64,000 nt of DNA. Origin: Octopus bimaculoides. Taxonomy: Eukaryota. The notes under the pieces are model-generated. The model saw only the letters and a program-made list of their open reading frames with translations, had not been told where the DNA came from and ran no database searches. Made by a program: the position numbers and the translations under genes. Positions 48,891 to 62,785 of this stretch are shown here, in pieces (the first letter of the stretch is position 1; every line of letters starts with the position of its first letter). The DNA lies in assembly GCF_001194135.2 (NCBI RefSeq), contig NC_068986.1, forward strand, positions 56,332,254-56,396,253, written 5' to 3'.

Positions 48891-51800
48891 TCCATGCACA
48901 GAAAGCTGAGTTATACCTGTTATTTATTTAGCTCCTAGTCAATTCTGATACAGCAAATCTCTGATCTAAAGCACCCTGTCTATGACCACCATGTGTTAGA
49001 TCTATCTAGGAATACCTTATTCAATGTGGCTCCTACCTCTGCTTTTCAAGGTTGTAGAGTGTGATCTGTAGGAAATTTGGCTGCCATTTCTAGCATGTCA
49101 AGTGGCCATATAGAAGCTCAACTTTGGTGGTTGTGTAACAACGCTGCTTAGGTCTGCAATCCAATGTACATGTAATTTCAGTTTGTATTGGAATATTGAA
49201 AAAGACTTTGTAAATGTGAGGTGTCAACAGTTTCAGTCACTTGTTTCTTTGCTTTTCCTTCTCTATCTGTCTGTCTCTTCTTTTTTACTCTTTTCTCTCC
49301 CTCTTTCTGTCTCTCTGTCTCTTCAATGTTTCTCTTTCCTTCTTTGCATTCTCTTTCTCTCTCACTTCTTCGCATGCTTGCTTGTATTTTCTTTTGTGCT
49401 CTGCCTTTGTCCTCTTCTCACTCATTCTTTCTCTTTTACTCTTTTTGTTTCTCCTGTGTTCTCTCTGTTGTGCTTTTTCTCTTATGCTTTGTCTCTATTT
49501 CTCTCTCTCTCATGCATTCACTACTACCTCTCTTTCTCTCTTATTCTCACACGCAACCAATATACCACTTATCTACAATTATTTTCATTTCAACCCCAGC
49601 AGCTTTTACCTCACTGCTGCTTTCTATACTAAGCTGCAAACATTTCAAATGCTTCAAACTGGTGGACAAGTGATTCACCACACCAACCTCTACCTTGTGG
49701 TTTCTGTATTCCTTCTCTCTTCACTAAATTCCCCATCTATATGGGAAATCTACCAGGACCTCACAAAACTTCAGTTACCACCCCCGCTTTCTCCTTAGAT
49801 TAAAATCACAAGCCAGCCTTGTTCATTGGATCCTTACTGTATTTACTGTTTGTTCATTGCTGATTTGCAGTCTATTCATCTGATTAGGCTTTGGTAAGTT
49901 TTGAAGTGATTCTTAATTAGTTATTGATCAGCTGAACTGCACTCAGTGAATATATACTTTATTATTTATTTACTTTTTTTTATGACCAACAAAATATTAA
50001 AATAAAAGAGAACAAGGAAGTCTGTGGGTAGGAGTTCAAGTTGCTAGAAATAGCACCCAAATCTCTCATGCAACACCAAAATGTCTTTAAAAGAGTGAAA
50101 GATGCATCAGTTGGTGCAGTTCTAGATATGTTGAGTGGAGGAGGAAGGCTAAAGAATTGTCATTTAGTGGATCGTGTTTGATTGTAGGTCAGCACCATCA
50201 GGTCTGACCTCGGGGCAAACAACAATGAGGGACTCTGTGTATGGTTACTCAACTTGCAAGATATAACAGCCAAATCTCCTTCATATTACAGCTTATTTTA
50301 AAAAATAGAGAAGGCACTTAAGTTGATGTGGCCTTTGATAATACCATATGNNNNNNNNNNNNNNNTTTAATCATAGAACAAGGCTAAACCCCACCTAAAC
50401 AACTACAATAAATTTAGAAAGGGAGCCTCTATGTGGCTAGCTAGCCTGCTAGAAATAGAAGCATCTCACTTGTATCAGATTCAACTTAAAAAATGGTTGG
50501 ATGCATTGGCTAAAGTAATTCTTAATACACATTGCTTGCCTGAAACAAAAGCATGGCTGGAGTGGAAGTGTTGGCATAGCTGACCTGGGGGTTAAGCAGC
50601 AACTACTAAAGAAAGAATGCTCGGAAAATACCTTAGGTTTCTAATTTATAATGTTTATTGTTTTTTGTCTGTAATCCATTTTTTGTTTACAAAATAATGA
50701 GTTTTCACAATATTTTACAAAGTATCTCTTTCTTCCTGTCTCTCTCTCTCTGTGTCTGTCTTCATCTCTCTTACTTTCCATCTTTTTCTTATCTCTCTCT
50801 CCCTGTCTCTCATCTCTTTTTATTCTTATCTCACCTCTCTTCCATCTTATGTCTTTTTTCCCATCTCTCTCTCTCTCTCCCTACTTTATCTTTTTTTCCA
50901 CCTCTCCTCACTTCCTCTTTCTCTCTCTGCCCATCTTTCTTTAACCTTGCCTTTCTTTTCTCCTCCATCTCTCTCCACCCTCTTCTCATTCTTTCTCTCA
51001 CTCTTCCCTCATCTCTCTCCTTCAACTTTCTCTTTCCTTTCACTCTTCCTTTCCCTTGTTCTCCTTGTTCTGCTATGTCCTATATGCATTTTGATTTTAT
51101 TTCAATGTACCTCTTCAAATGGGAGGAGTGTTATATTGCTGTAGCAACACAGGAAGCAAATAACTACAAGATGAATGGTGTCTGGTTTGAGGGAGATTTG
51201 AGTGCTATATTCTTGCAGGTTGAATGATCACATGGTGAAATTTTTAATCTCATGTAAAGAAAAAAATGTCTTACTCCTTCAGTCCAAAATTCATTTTAAT
51301 ATAATTGCTAATCACTGACTTTTGTTTTCTTTTGCAGTGTTGGAAGGAATTTTGAAACTGGTACCTGTTTCCTGTTGAGTTCTCTATTGGTCCCCAAGGC
51401 ACCAATTTCATCTGTGCCATTTATTCCTTGCTGTTTGTGTGTGCCCCTAACACTCAGTATCTATAACAGTAGTGCTAATGTTGACTACTGTTTCTTCAAT
51501 AGTCTATTGTATTGGAACTATTTACTGCTGCTTCCTCAGTTGTTAAACTTCAGCATATATTATTCACTGGTAATTCTTATTACTGCATGTGTTTATCAGC
51601 TTCATAGACACTTTATTGTGATGATGACATTCATTGTCTGTCTCAGACACTCATTCTTTTAATACCTCCACCATTGAACCTTTTCATTGGAGCTGTTTCC
51701 ATTTTAACCAATTCTCAATACCTGATTGTTATACTGGAGCTAGTTGATATTGCTGCCACTAATGTTATTCAACCAAGACATAGCAAACTGTTGCTGCTCT

Positions 51801-53269
51801 CTGTGATTAGCCTCCTGGTATTTTTAGCATTTGGAGCCAATCTTAAAATTTGTCCCTACTATCATTCTCAGAGTGAATGTGTTCCATAATATTCCATTCT
51901 AGAGTCCATCTGATGTTTTTCCTTTCCGGTTTGTTTCTCCATTTCAACACCCATTCAATTTGATCATACAAGTGATGTATGAAATATATATTGTAAACTG
52001 CCAGTAGCCCCAAAGATCTTGTAGGTTCCAGCATTTTATATTTTATTGTGTATTTGGGTAGCAGCACACCTAATTTTACATTGCCACAGTTCACCTAACC
52101 TGTGACTTAACTGGCAACTTTACCAGGGAGGATATTTTCATTTTTCATCTACCTAACACTGGAAACTGGAAATTAAGCACAGTGATTTCTTAAAAAACAT
52201 GTTGGAGAGTCTTTGAAGAAATTTACATTATCATAGAAGATATAATTGATAAGCTTCTTATAACTGAAAATAGGTATTAAATTATTTGCTTTAAAAATAT
52301 TTTAAAGAAATTATCACAGTTGCAGTTGACTTTGGTACAAAGAGGGTATAATGTTGTATTAAATAACAATAATGTGTAAAGTCATGTATGACCTGTGTTC
52401 TAATCCCATCCATGTCAACTTCAACTTTTATTTCATTTGGATAACTTGTTTTTATGTTTTTCATCTATTTTATTATTTTTTTTTTGCATTTTTACAAGTT
52501 GAAGTTGCACCAGAACTGAGATAGATAACAGCAGTGAAGTGTATGTATGTGATATTCTATAGGGCTCACACATACATGCACGTATGTACACTTACTGTCA
52601 TGGCCAACTTCATGTTCATTCCTCAGACTTCAATGAAAAATAAAATTCAAAATATCTAAAGCAAAATGGAAAGCAACATTTGACATGTCTTGCTTTAGGT
52701 TTAGGGTATTATTTTGCTTTTGATGATCATCATAATAAAAATAATAGGTGTAGGGACAGTATTTGACACCTTGAGTATTATTTTCACACTGACATTATCT
52801 TGATGATGATAATAATAATAATAGTAGTAATGATAGTAGTAGTAGTAGTAGTAATAATGGAGGTGTTAGTAGTAACAGTGATAGTGATGGTATATGGTGG
52901 CAAACTGTTTTTATATATACTTCTATATGAGCAGGCTTTCATATTTGCATGTGTGCAAATAGTTTGCTTTTTAATCGGCATTTTCATTAAGACAGCTGTG
53001 TTTGTATCTAAAGTTGTTGGTAGCATGTGTTTAATAATGAATGCATGTGCGTGACTTGTATGACATAACTGGTTGAATATGAAATATATGTGTGTATACA
53101 TGCACACATATATATGTAGCTCTGTGTGTGTTTGCACACGCATTTAGTAAAAAAAAAAAATTGTTGTACAAGTTTATACTTATATAAACTTGTATTTTTA
53201 TCTATCTGGCTCTCTATTTATCCACGTGTCTGTTTGTCTGTCCACCTGTTTGTACCTGTCATCCCTCTC

Positions 53270-53330
<61 letters not shown>

Positions 53331-53893
53331 CTGTCATTATCATCACTCATGACTCCTCTATTAATAGATTCATTCATGTTGTAGTTGTGAGTTGAACTAG
53401 TTCTTATCAGTTATCCAGTGTAAAGAAGAGCTTATATATATAAATATATAAAGGAATGCACACACACTGAAAATGGAGTCGGTCATCAGGTTCAAGCAAT
53501 AAACTCTACAATAGGTATTGAATACTCTTTCTCCCATTAGAACAACCAAGCATATATATATATATATATTGTGCTTTATAGTTATGGTAGAATCTATTTA
53601 TTCATTTAAAACTGATAAATGTTTCTCCATGCACTATTCTGAATCTCCCACCATAAAGATAGGAAACAAAGTAAATCTTCAGCTTCAGTTGAAGAAATAA
53701 CTGTGTGTATGTGTACACACATACACGTGCACACACACACACACACACATGGGTTTGGTGATACATACAGGAAAATAGAACTCAAAATATGAGCATGTAT
53801 ATATTTTCTATTTAATTAACAGGTGTTGCAGAGTGATTCAAGGGTCACTTTTGTGTATTGGCATGCATGTGTACGCACAAGTGTGTGTGTATG

Positions 53894-53932
<39 letters not shown>

Positions 53933-55795
53933 TTATTCATGAACTATAAACATCTTTTCAAACAATGTCTCTGAGTGTTCTTTACTGGTCTGTTGGTTTT
54001 GAATATTATAATATTTATTACACTTATTACATTTTAGAATTTAAGGACAGAATATCTTTCAACAAGATATATTACTGTATTTAATAGTGTTTTGCTTCCA
54101 TTTTGAGTTCAAATCCTGCTATGGCCAACTTTGTTTTAATTCTTACATTAAATTAATTGCCAGTCATTTTCTGGATTCAGTGTAATCAGTTATGTATTCC
54201 CTTCCCATAAAAAGTTGTGGGTTAGTGGACATGATCATGTGGTCAAGAAGTTTGCTTCATAATCAGGTGTTTTGGGATTAATTGCACTGAGTGTCACTTT
54301 CGTCAAATTTCTTCTATTGCTTAGAGTTGACCAGTTGTTTGTGAGTGGAATTTGGTTAACAGAAAGTATGCAAAAACCTGTTATCTCTATTTGTCTCTAT
54401 CTATACACACACGTGTGTTTTTTTTTTTTCGTATCTTATGATCCTCCAGTTCGACAAACAGAGATCAATAAAATAAACAAGTGAATAAAATAAGTAGTAA
54501 ATATCGGGATAAGTATAATCGACTGAAACTCATGCAGGTGTTTAGTGCCCCAGCATTGTTGTAATCCAATGATCAAAATCAGTAAAAGACTTGTATCTAT
54601 TTCAGAATTTATTATATATATATTTTTTCAAGGTAAAAATATCATAAATTTATTGTATAATTTTATTCAAGTGTATACATATATAATTACAAGTAGTGTT
54701 TTTATATACATAAAAACAACGAACATAAACTAAATAAAGGACTCAATACATGTATTGAGTCAAACATTTATTATAATTTTATTGACAGTGACTACAAAGT
54801 TTTCCTAAGTATATGACTGTCAATAAAATTGTAATTAAAGTGTCTTTTGTTTTGTGCTTTTGCAATTTCAAAATTGTGCATGTGAGTGAGAGAAAGAGAC
54901 ATTAGTGTAACTCCAAATTTAGTTCAACATTGTTGGTGGTTGTTGTTTAGCCCTGAGTCAGCCCTAATTGACCAGCAGACTTATTATCACATACTATCAA
55001 AGACATTCTAGCTGGGAACATCTTTCTTCTTTAGATGACATCCAATATGCTCTTCCTTCCTTTTTTGTTTTAAAGACAGTATGATGTTATTTTAGAAGAG
55101 ATTTGGCTGTTAGCTCTAACAGGTCAAAGACCACATGTAGGCTCTTTTGTTTTTGAATTTAGCCCCTTTTATAGGTTTTGAATAGAACTGGTCTTTGATC
55201 CTATATTATATTAGTAGGATTAATCACTTATTAGTCAATGCTTCTGACCATGATGAATTCAAATAAATGAGCTTCATGTTTGACAAGAGACAAATTTACT
55301 AAAGAAGGACAGTTGTTCAATTTCAGGTCAGCTTTACTTGAGCAGATTTCCACCTTCACTATCACAATCTTTTTTTTTTCCTATTTTTGCAGACATAATT
55401 TAGGATTACATTATTTAGTGTATCTTTTTAATTTTTAAAAATAAACAAGTGTAATTTGAGAGTTAGTTTAGCTGTTATTTCGTGTAGGTTGAGCAGCCAT
55501 GTAGTGGTTCTTATGGTGATTTAAAGGGACAATAGATGGTAGCATATGTATAAATAGTTCAGAGGAAGATATCTTATGTTTAGGCATCTGGCTTTTACTG
55601 GCAAAAGTGAGAAAAAGAATGTTTCTTTTTCTGAAGAAGGTTAAGCACCCAAAAGGTTAACTTCTCTTCTGTCTTATGGCATAAAACTTCTTCCACTGTT
55701 TGAATTATTTGTATATCTATCCTTGTTTATCACAGAGGTTTGGTCCTGGAGGACCTCAACAAAAACCCCCTGATAAACGAATCCTCTCCACTCAC

Positions 55796-55925
55796 TTTGT
55801 AAATGGAACTAATGGTAGCTTTATTGACACCACACTTGTGGCCCACAGCAGTGAAGCTATCATCGTCATCTATATTCTTGATTATCTCTACTTTTTCATC
55901 TTGGGAATATACTCATCTGTGATGT
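55796..55925 (-). pseudogene. pogo/Tigger (CENP-B-type) transposase N-terminal HTH remnant
   Basis: Minus frame HHR*VYSQDEKVEIIKNIDDDDSFTAVGHKCGVNKATISSIYK resembles the psq-type HTH pattern (EK.EII...G.S...V....GV...TIS.I.K). No ATG, so missed by the ORF track. Confidence 0.7.
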
Positions 55926-56227
55926 TTATTACGGTCAGGCACCTTCGTATTTTTCTGTTCACTGGTTTCATGTTAAGGGGTACAAGTACGTAAATCCATA
56001 TAAAAGATATGCAGCCTTGCAGTACAAGCAAGTAATCACAAGTAACAGTCAATGCCTTCCTGTAGCTGAACATTGTGGGAGGTCACTAGGTTGTTTTTGC
56101 CATCAATCAGAATCTTGGACTGATCACTGACCTGTATTATTACAGATCAACCCATGAAAGGTATAACATTGTCCACAACTGAGCATACCATGTTATCTTG
56201 GATCAGTAATAGATAACGCTACATGTA

Positions 56228-56748
56228 CAGAGTGGTCTGAAAGTTTTGTTACTCCCTACCCAAAAGTAATGAGAACAATAGAAGAACAAATAATGCAGTA
56301 ATCCAAAGTATGAACTGGATTTAGTTTATTCACTTTCATTGACGCTGTCATACATCGAGAAGGTCTGTATGAACATCATTTTCGTGGCACAAAATGGTGT
56401 GACGCCATGCCCTGTGTGAAATTTTGAGAAACTGTGCTTCACTGATTGTTGCTAAGGCTCTCTGAATGGCGTCCTTCAACTGATGGATATTCTGGTATCA
56501 TTCATGTGAAACTCTCTCCTTGATAATACCCCACAGAGCAGTATCGTAGGATGTGAGGTCTAGACTTCTGGTAGGCCAATCAACAGGTGCTGGAAGTTGT
56601 TGCGATTCTCACCCCTATCTATCTATCCCGAAAAACTTTATTTAGGTATTGCTGGACAGTGATAGCATAGTGAAGTGTGGCACATATATTACTAAAACTG
56701 ATAATAATGACAATATATAGGGGGTAACAACACTTTTGGACCACCCTG
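56228..56748 (-). mobile_element. Internally deleted Tc1/mariner-superfamily element (521 bp)
   Basis: TA|CAGAGTGGTCTGAAAGTTTTGTTAC ... GTAACAACACTTTTGGACCACCCTG|TA. Minus frame DWPTRSLDLTSYDTALWGIIKERVS matches the WP.RSPDL.P.D..LWG..K transposase motif. Confidence 0.85.
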
Positions 56749-58380
56749 TATTTTTTTTCTTCTTGTCAACACCTAGTTTTATTTGATTCTATTTTACTAT
56801 GTTCAAAAATCCCAACTGTTGGTCAAATGCAGAATTGTTTGGATTTATTTTGATGATAGGTTTTTGTTTTCGATTTCTAAAAATTCTAGTCATTTCTCAC
56901 CAAATCAAACTGAAATAAAAACTTGGGTTGTTTTAACTAAGAATTGAAACTGAAATGTGGACTGTTCAAGAACTAACTGTAATTACCTTCAACAATATTG
57001 ATTTACAATATAGGTACATTATAATATAGGTATATATTTTAACAGGAGTGGCGTGTAGCTGATACAAGAGGACTATTGTATTTCAATGGTATTTATTTTA
57101 TTGACTCTCAGAAGATGTCCTTAATGAGATTTGATCTCTGCTGCAAGGACAATAAAAATAGCAAAAGATTGTAATTTCTTGCTCAGGCTGAAGACTGAGA
57201 TAACGTGAAGGACTTTAACAGAATGAATATAATAAACTCACTTCAAATCGAGGATCAAGTTTTTCTGTGAGTTGTACATGTTCATTTAACCTGCTACAAA
57301 TAGCAGTTAAATCTCCTTTAAATCATCTTGTTGTCTTGAAAAATTGTGGTAGAGACGCATTAAATAATGTATCTTTGATGTTGTAATGTAATGGATTAAT
57401 ATAGTATAGTTGAACTGAAATCCTCACCCAACTGGGAGATTGATGACAAATGAATTAATATCAAAGTGTTGCATCAATTGTTTATGAGTAATGCTGTATT
57501 ACATAGCGTACAAACATACTATCAATCACTCTTACATATTACCCTTTCTCTAAAAAGCAGACCCCCTAAAAAAAAGATGCCAAATAAAAAAAATTGATGA
57601 ATTTTCTGTGTAATGGATGTATCATTTAACTAACCATACAAATATTCACTTTTACTTGATTAATACATGTATGGCTCTACTGGACTATGCTAACCCGTTG
57701 TGTGTTGACACTGATTGGCAGTCAAGTTGAACTCCAATTCTAGACTGGGGCTTTATATATTTCATCAGCCTTGAAAAAATTAAAAAAACAAAGTAAGCTT
57801 GGCAAGATTTGAACTCAGAACATCGAGAGAAGGATAAATACTATAAGGCTTTCATTTTGCTCTGTGCATTAAAGATTGTTACTTTTTATCTCTTGTCTGC
57901 AATAAGTTTCATTTTTTTTTTATTTGGAGGAGGTAAGGCAACTGCTATGACTATTTTTCCTTGGGATTCTGAAATGAGGAAAGGCAGAGAGAAGCTACAG
58001 TGTGTGTTTTACTGTTGCTGAAAGTAGTGCAACAAGATATCACATTATCTTTATACTGGGTGCAATTAATGTCACTTCAGGTGTCACATTTCAGTATTAA
58101 TCAGAGTAACAAATTAATTCTACCACACCAGAACAAGAACATTCCTTTTGATGGTCTGACTCACTTTCCCCGTTGTGAAGCTGTGGGTTTTGTCTGCTAT
58201 GTGAAAAAAGTTATAGTACAAACTTGAAATCAATAAAAGCAACTGATTTTTTTGCCTTTCTTTACTATTTCTGCTGGCTGGTCATTGAATTCCTAGATGG
58301 TTCTGATAAAGTTGATTCTGTGGAACATTGTATTCAAAATTTAGGATAGACAGGGTAACACAAAACATTTTAAATATGTA

Positions 58381-59205
58381 TATGAGAGTAGGCTAAAAAG
58401 TTCATAGGCTGACCATGATGCAATGGTTGATCTTGACCAATTGTTTTATTTTTCAACACAGTCTCCCCTGTGATCCATAGGCTTCTTCCATCAGTTTTGC
58501 AGCACTTGGATTCCCGTGGTATAGAAGCTCTCATCCTGATCCTCAAAAAAGTCAACAGTAGATATGACCTCATCACTGGTCCGATACTGCTTCCCAGCCA
58601 AGTGCTCTTCATGTTGAGGAACAGAAAACAGATGGTGACAAATCTGGAGATTATGGAGGGTGATCAACCAGTTCAAAGCCACAGTTGCACACAACAGCCA
58701 TTGCAATCACAGACTTGTGTGCAGGAGCATTGTCCTGGTGAAGCAGGACCCATTAGTTATCTGATTAACATTTAAATGTATGTCATCCACCACTATGTGG
58801 TGAATATGTCAATGTTTTCTTGGGTGGTGGCTGTGGTGGGACGTCTAGACCTTGGGTCCTCTTTAAGACTCTCCCTACCCCTCTTGAATTCAGATGCCCA
58901 CTTTTGCACAATTGATAAAGCTGGAGCATCATCCCCTAATGTAGCACCCATGTCAGCATGAATGTTCTTGGGGGCTAACCCCTTTTTCTGCAGATATTTG
59001 ATAACACCACGGTGCCAAATTTTATCCATTTTCACAAAATGTTTCTACCACTTTTCCAAGTCCTCAATTCTGTATCCAATGTGGGTTTATCTAGAAAGAA
59101 ATCATGCTGTTAGCATCAGTAAAGATTGAATTTAATACATGGCAAGTTTAATTACTGCATGATAACTCCTTAGTCAGCCTATGAACTTATCAGCCCACCC
59201 TTGTA
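58381..59205 (-). mobile_element. Internally deleted mariner element (825 bp)
   Basis: TA-flanked TIRs of about 33 bp (..GCT.A.AAGTTCATAGGCTGAC). Minus peptides MDKIWHRGVIKYLQKKG...KWASEFKRGRESLKEDPRSRRP (HTH), HQDNAPAH...HPP*SPDLSPS and HLAGKQYRTSDEV. Confidence 0.92.
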
Positions 59206-60490
59206 TATATAAATAAAACACCTGTGATGAATTGTATGTATATAATGTTTCTGTATACATAACATTAAGAATGTATGTTTATAAAATGTATGTGTGTGTG
59301 TGTGTGTATAAAGCAGAAATTAAATCAACATTGCGTGAGAATTTGTGAGACCAAATTATATTTATATATCTAAAGAATGTTACTATGAAATTTGGCATGA
59401 CTTTAAGTATATAATTATACTTTTATATATAACATTTTCCTCGTGATAAATATTTACACAATTTCAAAGACATTCACATGCAGACATATTTCCAAACATC
59501 AAGTCTGTGATCCTTTTGCTATTAGAGAATTTCTCTTTGAATCTTTCTGAAAGTGATGGTGATTCTGATGAGCTTGTGCATTCTGATAGTGATTCACCTG
59601 TTGCCTATTGTCTTTATTCCTTTTTTTATTCTGCCAAACACTTTCAGTATTCTGTTCTCAACAATAACAAATTTGTCTTTCGCTTATGTGTTTCTTTCAC
59701 GGTATTGACAATAATATAATTATGATAGTAATGATGATTTTCTTCTTGACACACAATAAGGTAGCATCCAATTACATTGTGCAATGTATATGACGACCTC
59801 CTCAACTGACTAGTTATCCTTGGTGATTGAGAAGGTCCCATTCCAAAATGCAATACATTTTGATAATTCTTTGTTTTTTTTTCTGTTTAATTCTCATCTC
59901 AAATATCCATTTATATTTTCTTATGTATATCTTATGATTTTATAGAATAAATGTCTTGTTTATATCTCCATGTTAGTATGTCTTTATCTTATTACTTTTT
60001 TATTATTATACTTTTGTTACAATTTTTTTATTAGCACTGAAGACTGGATATTTGGCACTACTTGTACTGCATTTCTTGCAAATAAACTCTGGTAATTCTG
60101 ATCAAACTGCTCTACTAGCAGGTAGGTGTTTTGGGGCAAAAAAAAAAAGAAGAAAAACACACATAACAAAACCTCTTTCAACAATATCACACTTACATTA
60201 CACTTACATAACACCTCAAAATTGAGTGCCTAGCTGCTGAATGACAGGCACGTAAACACACCAACACCGGTTGTCAAACGGTGGTAGGAGAACAAACACA
60301 AGCACACACACATATACATATATGTACGACGTGTTTCTTTTAGTTTCTGTCGACCAAATTCACTCACAAAGCTATGGTTGATCCAAGGCTATTGTAGAAA
60401 ACACTTGGCCAAAGTGCCATGCAGTGGGAATGAACTCGAAACCATGTTGTTTGGAAAGAAACTTCTTACCACCCAGCTTTGTCTGCGGCC

Positions 60491-60523
<33 letters not shown>

Positions 60524-60524
60524 T

Positions 60525-60662
60525 ATATCATCATCGTTATCATCATCATCATCGTTTAACGTCCGCCTTCCATGCTAGCATGGGTTGGACGATTTGACTG
60601 AGGACTGGCGAACAGAAGGCTGCACCAGGCTCCAATCTGATCTGGCAGAATTTCTAGAGCTG
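60525..60662 (-). mobile_element. RTE 3' tail, family A, truncated
   Basis: (CAT)n then CGTTTAACGTCCGCCTTCCATGCTAGCATGGGTTGGACG; similarity stops abruptly at about 60662. Confidence 0.8.
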
Positions 60663-62396
60663 GCACAACAATAACCGGAAACGTTCTCTGTGGGACAAAC
60701 CCGTTGTAGTTCAGGCTTTCGCCGAAAGAAGCCACTCGATGCGTTCCCCGGGCATCAGTCTNNNNNNNNNNNNNNNNNNNNNNNNNNNNNNNNNNNNNNN
60801 NNNNNNNNNNNNNNNNNNNNNNNNNNNNNNNNNNNNNNNNNNNNNNNNNNNNNNNNNNNNNNNNNNNNNNNNNNNNNNNNNNNNNNNNNNNNNNNNNNNN
60901 NNNNNNNNNNNNNNNNNNNNNNNNNNNNNNNNNNNNNNNNNNNNNNNNNNNNNNNNNNNNNNNNNNNNNNNNNNNNNNNNNNNNNNNNNNNNNNNNNNNN
61001 NNNNNNNNNNNNNNNNNNNNNNNNNNNNNNNNNNNNNNNNNNNNNNNNNNNNNNNNNNNNNNNNNNNNNNNNNNNNNNNNNNNNNNNNNNNNNNNNNNNN
61101 NNNNNNNNNNNNNNNNNNNNNNNNNNNNNNNNNNNNNNNNNNNNNNNNNNNNNNNNNNNNNNNNNNNNNNNNNNNNNNNNNNNNNNNNNNNNNNNNNNNN
61201 NNNNNNNNNNNNNNNNNNNNNNNNNNNNNNNNNNNNNNNNNNNNNNNNNNNNNNNNNNNNNNNNNNNNNNNNNNNNNNNNNNNNNNNNNNNNNNNNNNNN
61301 NNNNNNNNNNNNNNNNNNNNNNNNNNNNNNNNNNNNNNNNNNNNNNNNNNNNNNNNNNNNNNTGTAAACATGTAAAACTAATTGAATGAAATAATATTGC
61401 AAAATTCCGGTTTCTTTCGGGTACCCCATCGTATATCTTGGAACAACACCCCTCCCTCCCCTTCCCCGCACAAACGCGCGCACATGTGTGTATTTTCAGT
61501 ATATAAGAAGCAATACATTTTCAGAAACTGAACGTGTAATTCAGTTCCTGAAAATGAGACTGTGAAAGTCTAGAAATATCGAATATGAATTTAGAAACTC
61601 TGTTCCAAATCAATTGTAAAATCTAATATGAAAATACACAATAAACGTATGGAAAAAAGAAAACTTGAATATAGTCTAGCGGGTGTCTTCAAAGGCGGTT
61701 ATTGCTCGGTGGACAGTAAGACGCCAGGCTTCATGGTCAGCGGCTAAAACAGACCACTGGTGTTGATCAATGTGGAAAGCACACACACGCATACACACAC
61801 ATGAATGTATGTATGTATATACATGTATTTTCTATTATACTGTATGTACATATTCTCTATTATATTGTATACACTCCTAGAATGTATGGACATACGCCAT
61901 ACATGCATTCGGGTATACATGCCGGTGCATGTACGTGCACACTGATAAGCTCAGAACAACACATTTAGAGTGGAATAAGAGTTTTTAAAGAATTAATTCT
62001 TTCTATGTTGCGTATGTATAACGAATTCGTTTGTAGTAATAAAACAAACATGTGAGACGCAATTTGTGTGTGTGTGTGTGTGTATGTATGAAAATATATG
62101 AAAATATCAAAATAGATAAATAAATAGATAATAGGCCTTTTTGAGCCACATGATCATAAGGTTGGATTCCTAGATTCTATGGCGAATATCCTTCCCCACT
62201 GGACGGGGCGCCGGTCAGTCTTAGGATACCTCGTTTTGTACCAGCTGAGTGAAGTGAAGCAACGTGAAATGAGTTTTGCTCAACAAAATAACGCATCTGC
62301 CGGTCCAGGAATCGAAATCATAACTTTACTTTTGTGTAATACCTTAACCACTAAGCTACGTGCATCCACATATGATGTGAGTGTGCGTGCGTGCGA

Positions 62397-62437
<41 letters not shown>

Positions 62438-62742
62438 TAGATAGATACACACACATATTTTAACAAATTATACACAATATATATGTATATATATATACNN
62501 NNNNNNNNNNNNNNNNNNNNNNNNNNNNNNNNNNNNNNNNNNNNNNNNNNNNNNNNNNNNNNNNNNNNNNNNNNNNNNNNNNNNNNNNNNNNNNNNNNNN
62601 NNNNNNNNNNNNNNNNNNNNNNNNNNNNNNNNNNNNNNNNNNNNNNNNNNNNNNNNNNNNNNNNNNNNNNNNNNNNNNNNNNNNNNNNNNNNNNNNNNNN
62701 NNNNNNNNNNNNNNNNNNNNNNNNNNNNNNNNNNNNNNNNNN

Positions 62743-62785
<43 letters not shown>

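Noticed and set aside
55700-55993. 97-aa + strand ORF after an acceptor-like AG
   Set aside because: No recognisable product; the opposite strand explains the region as a pogo/Tigger HTH remnant.
59507-59719. Acidic patch LSESDGDSDELVHSDSDSP as a piggyBac-like N-terminus or exon
   Set aside because: Too short, low complexity, and no supporting catalytic motifs or TIRs found.
60715-60761. Minus-strand CTGATG...GAAA
   Set aside because: A9 is missing (CTGATGC) and no closing helices are present; not a hammerhead.
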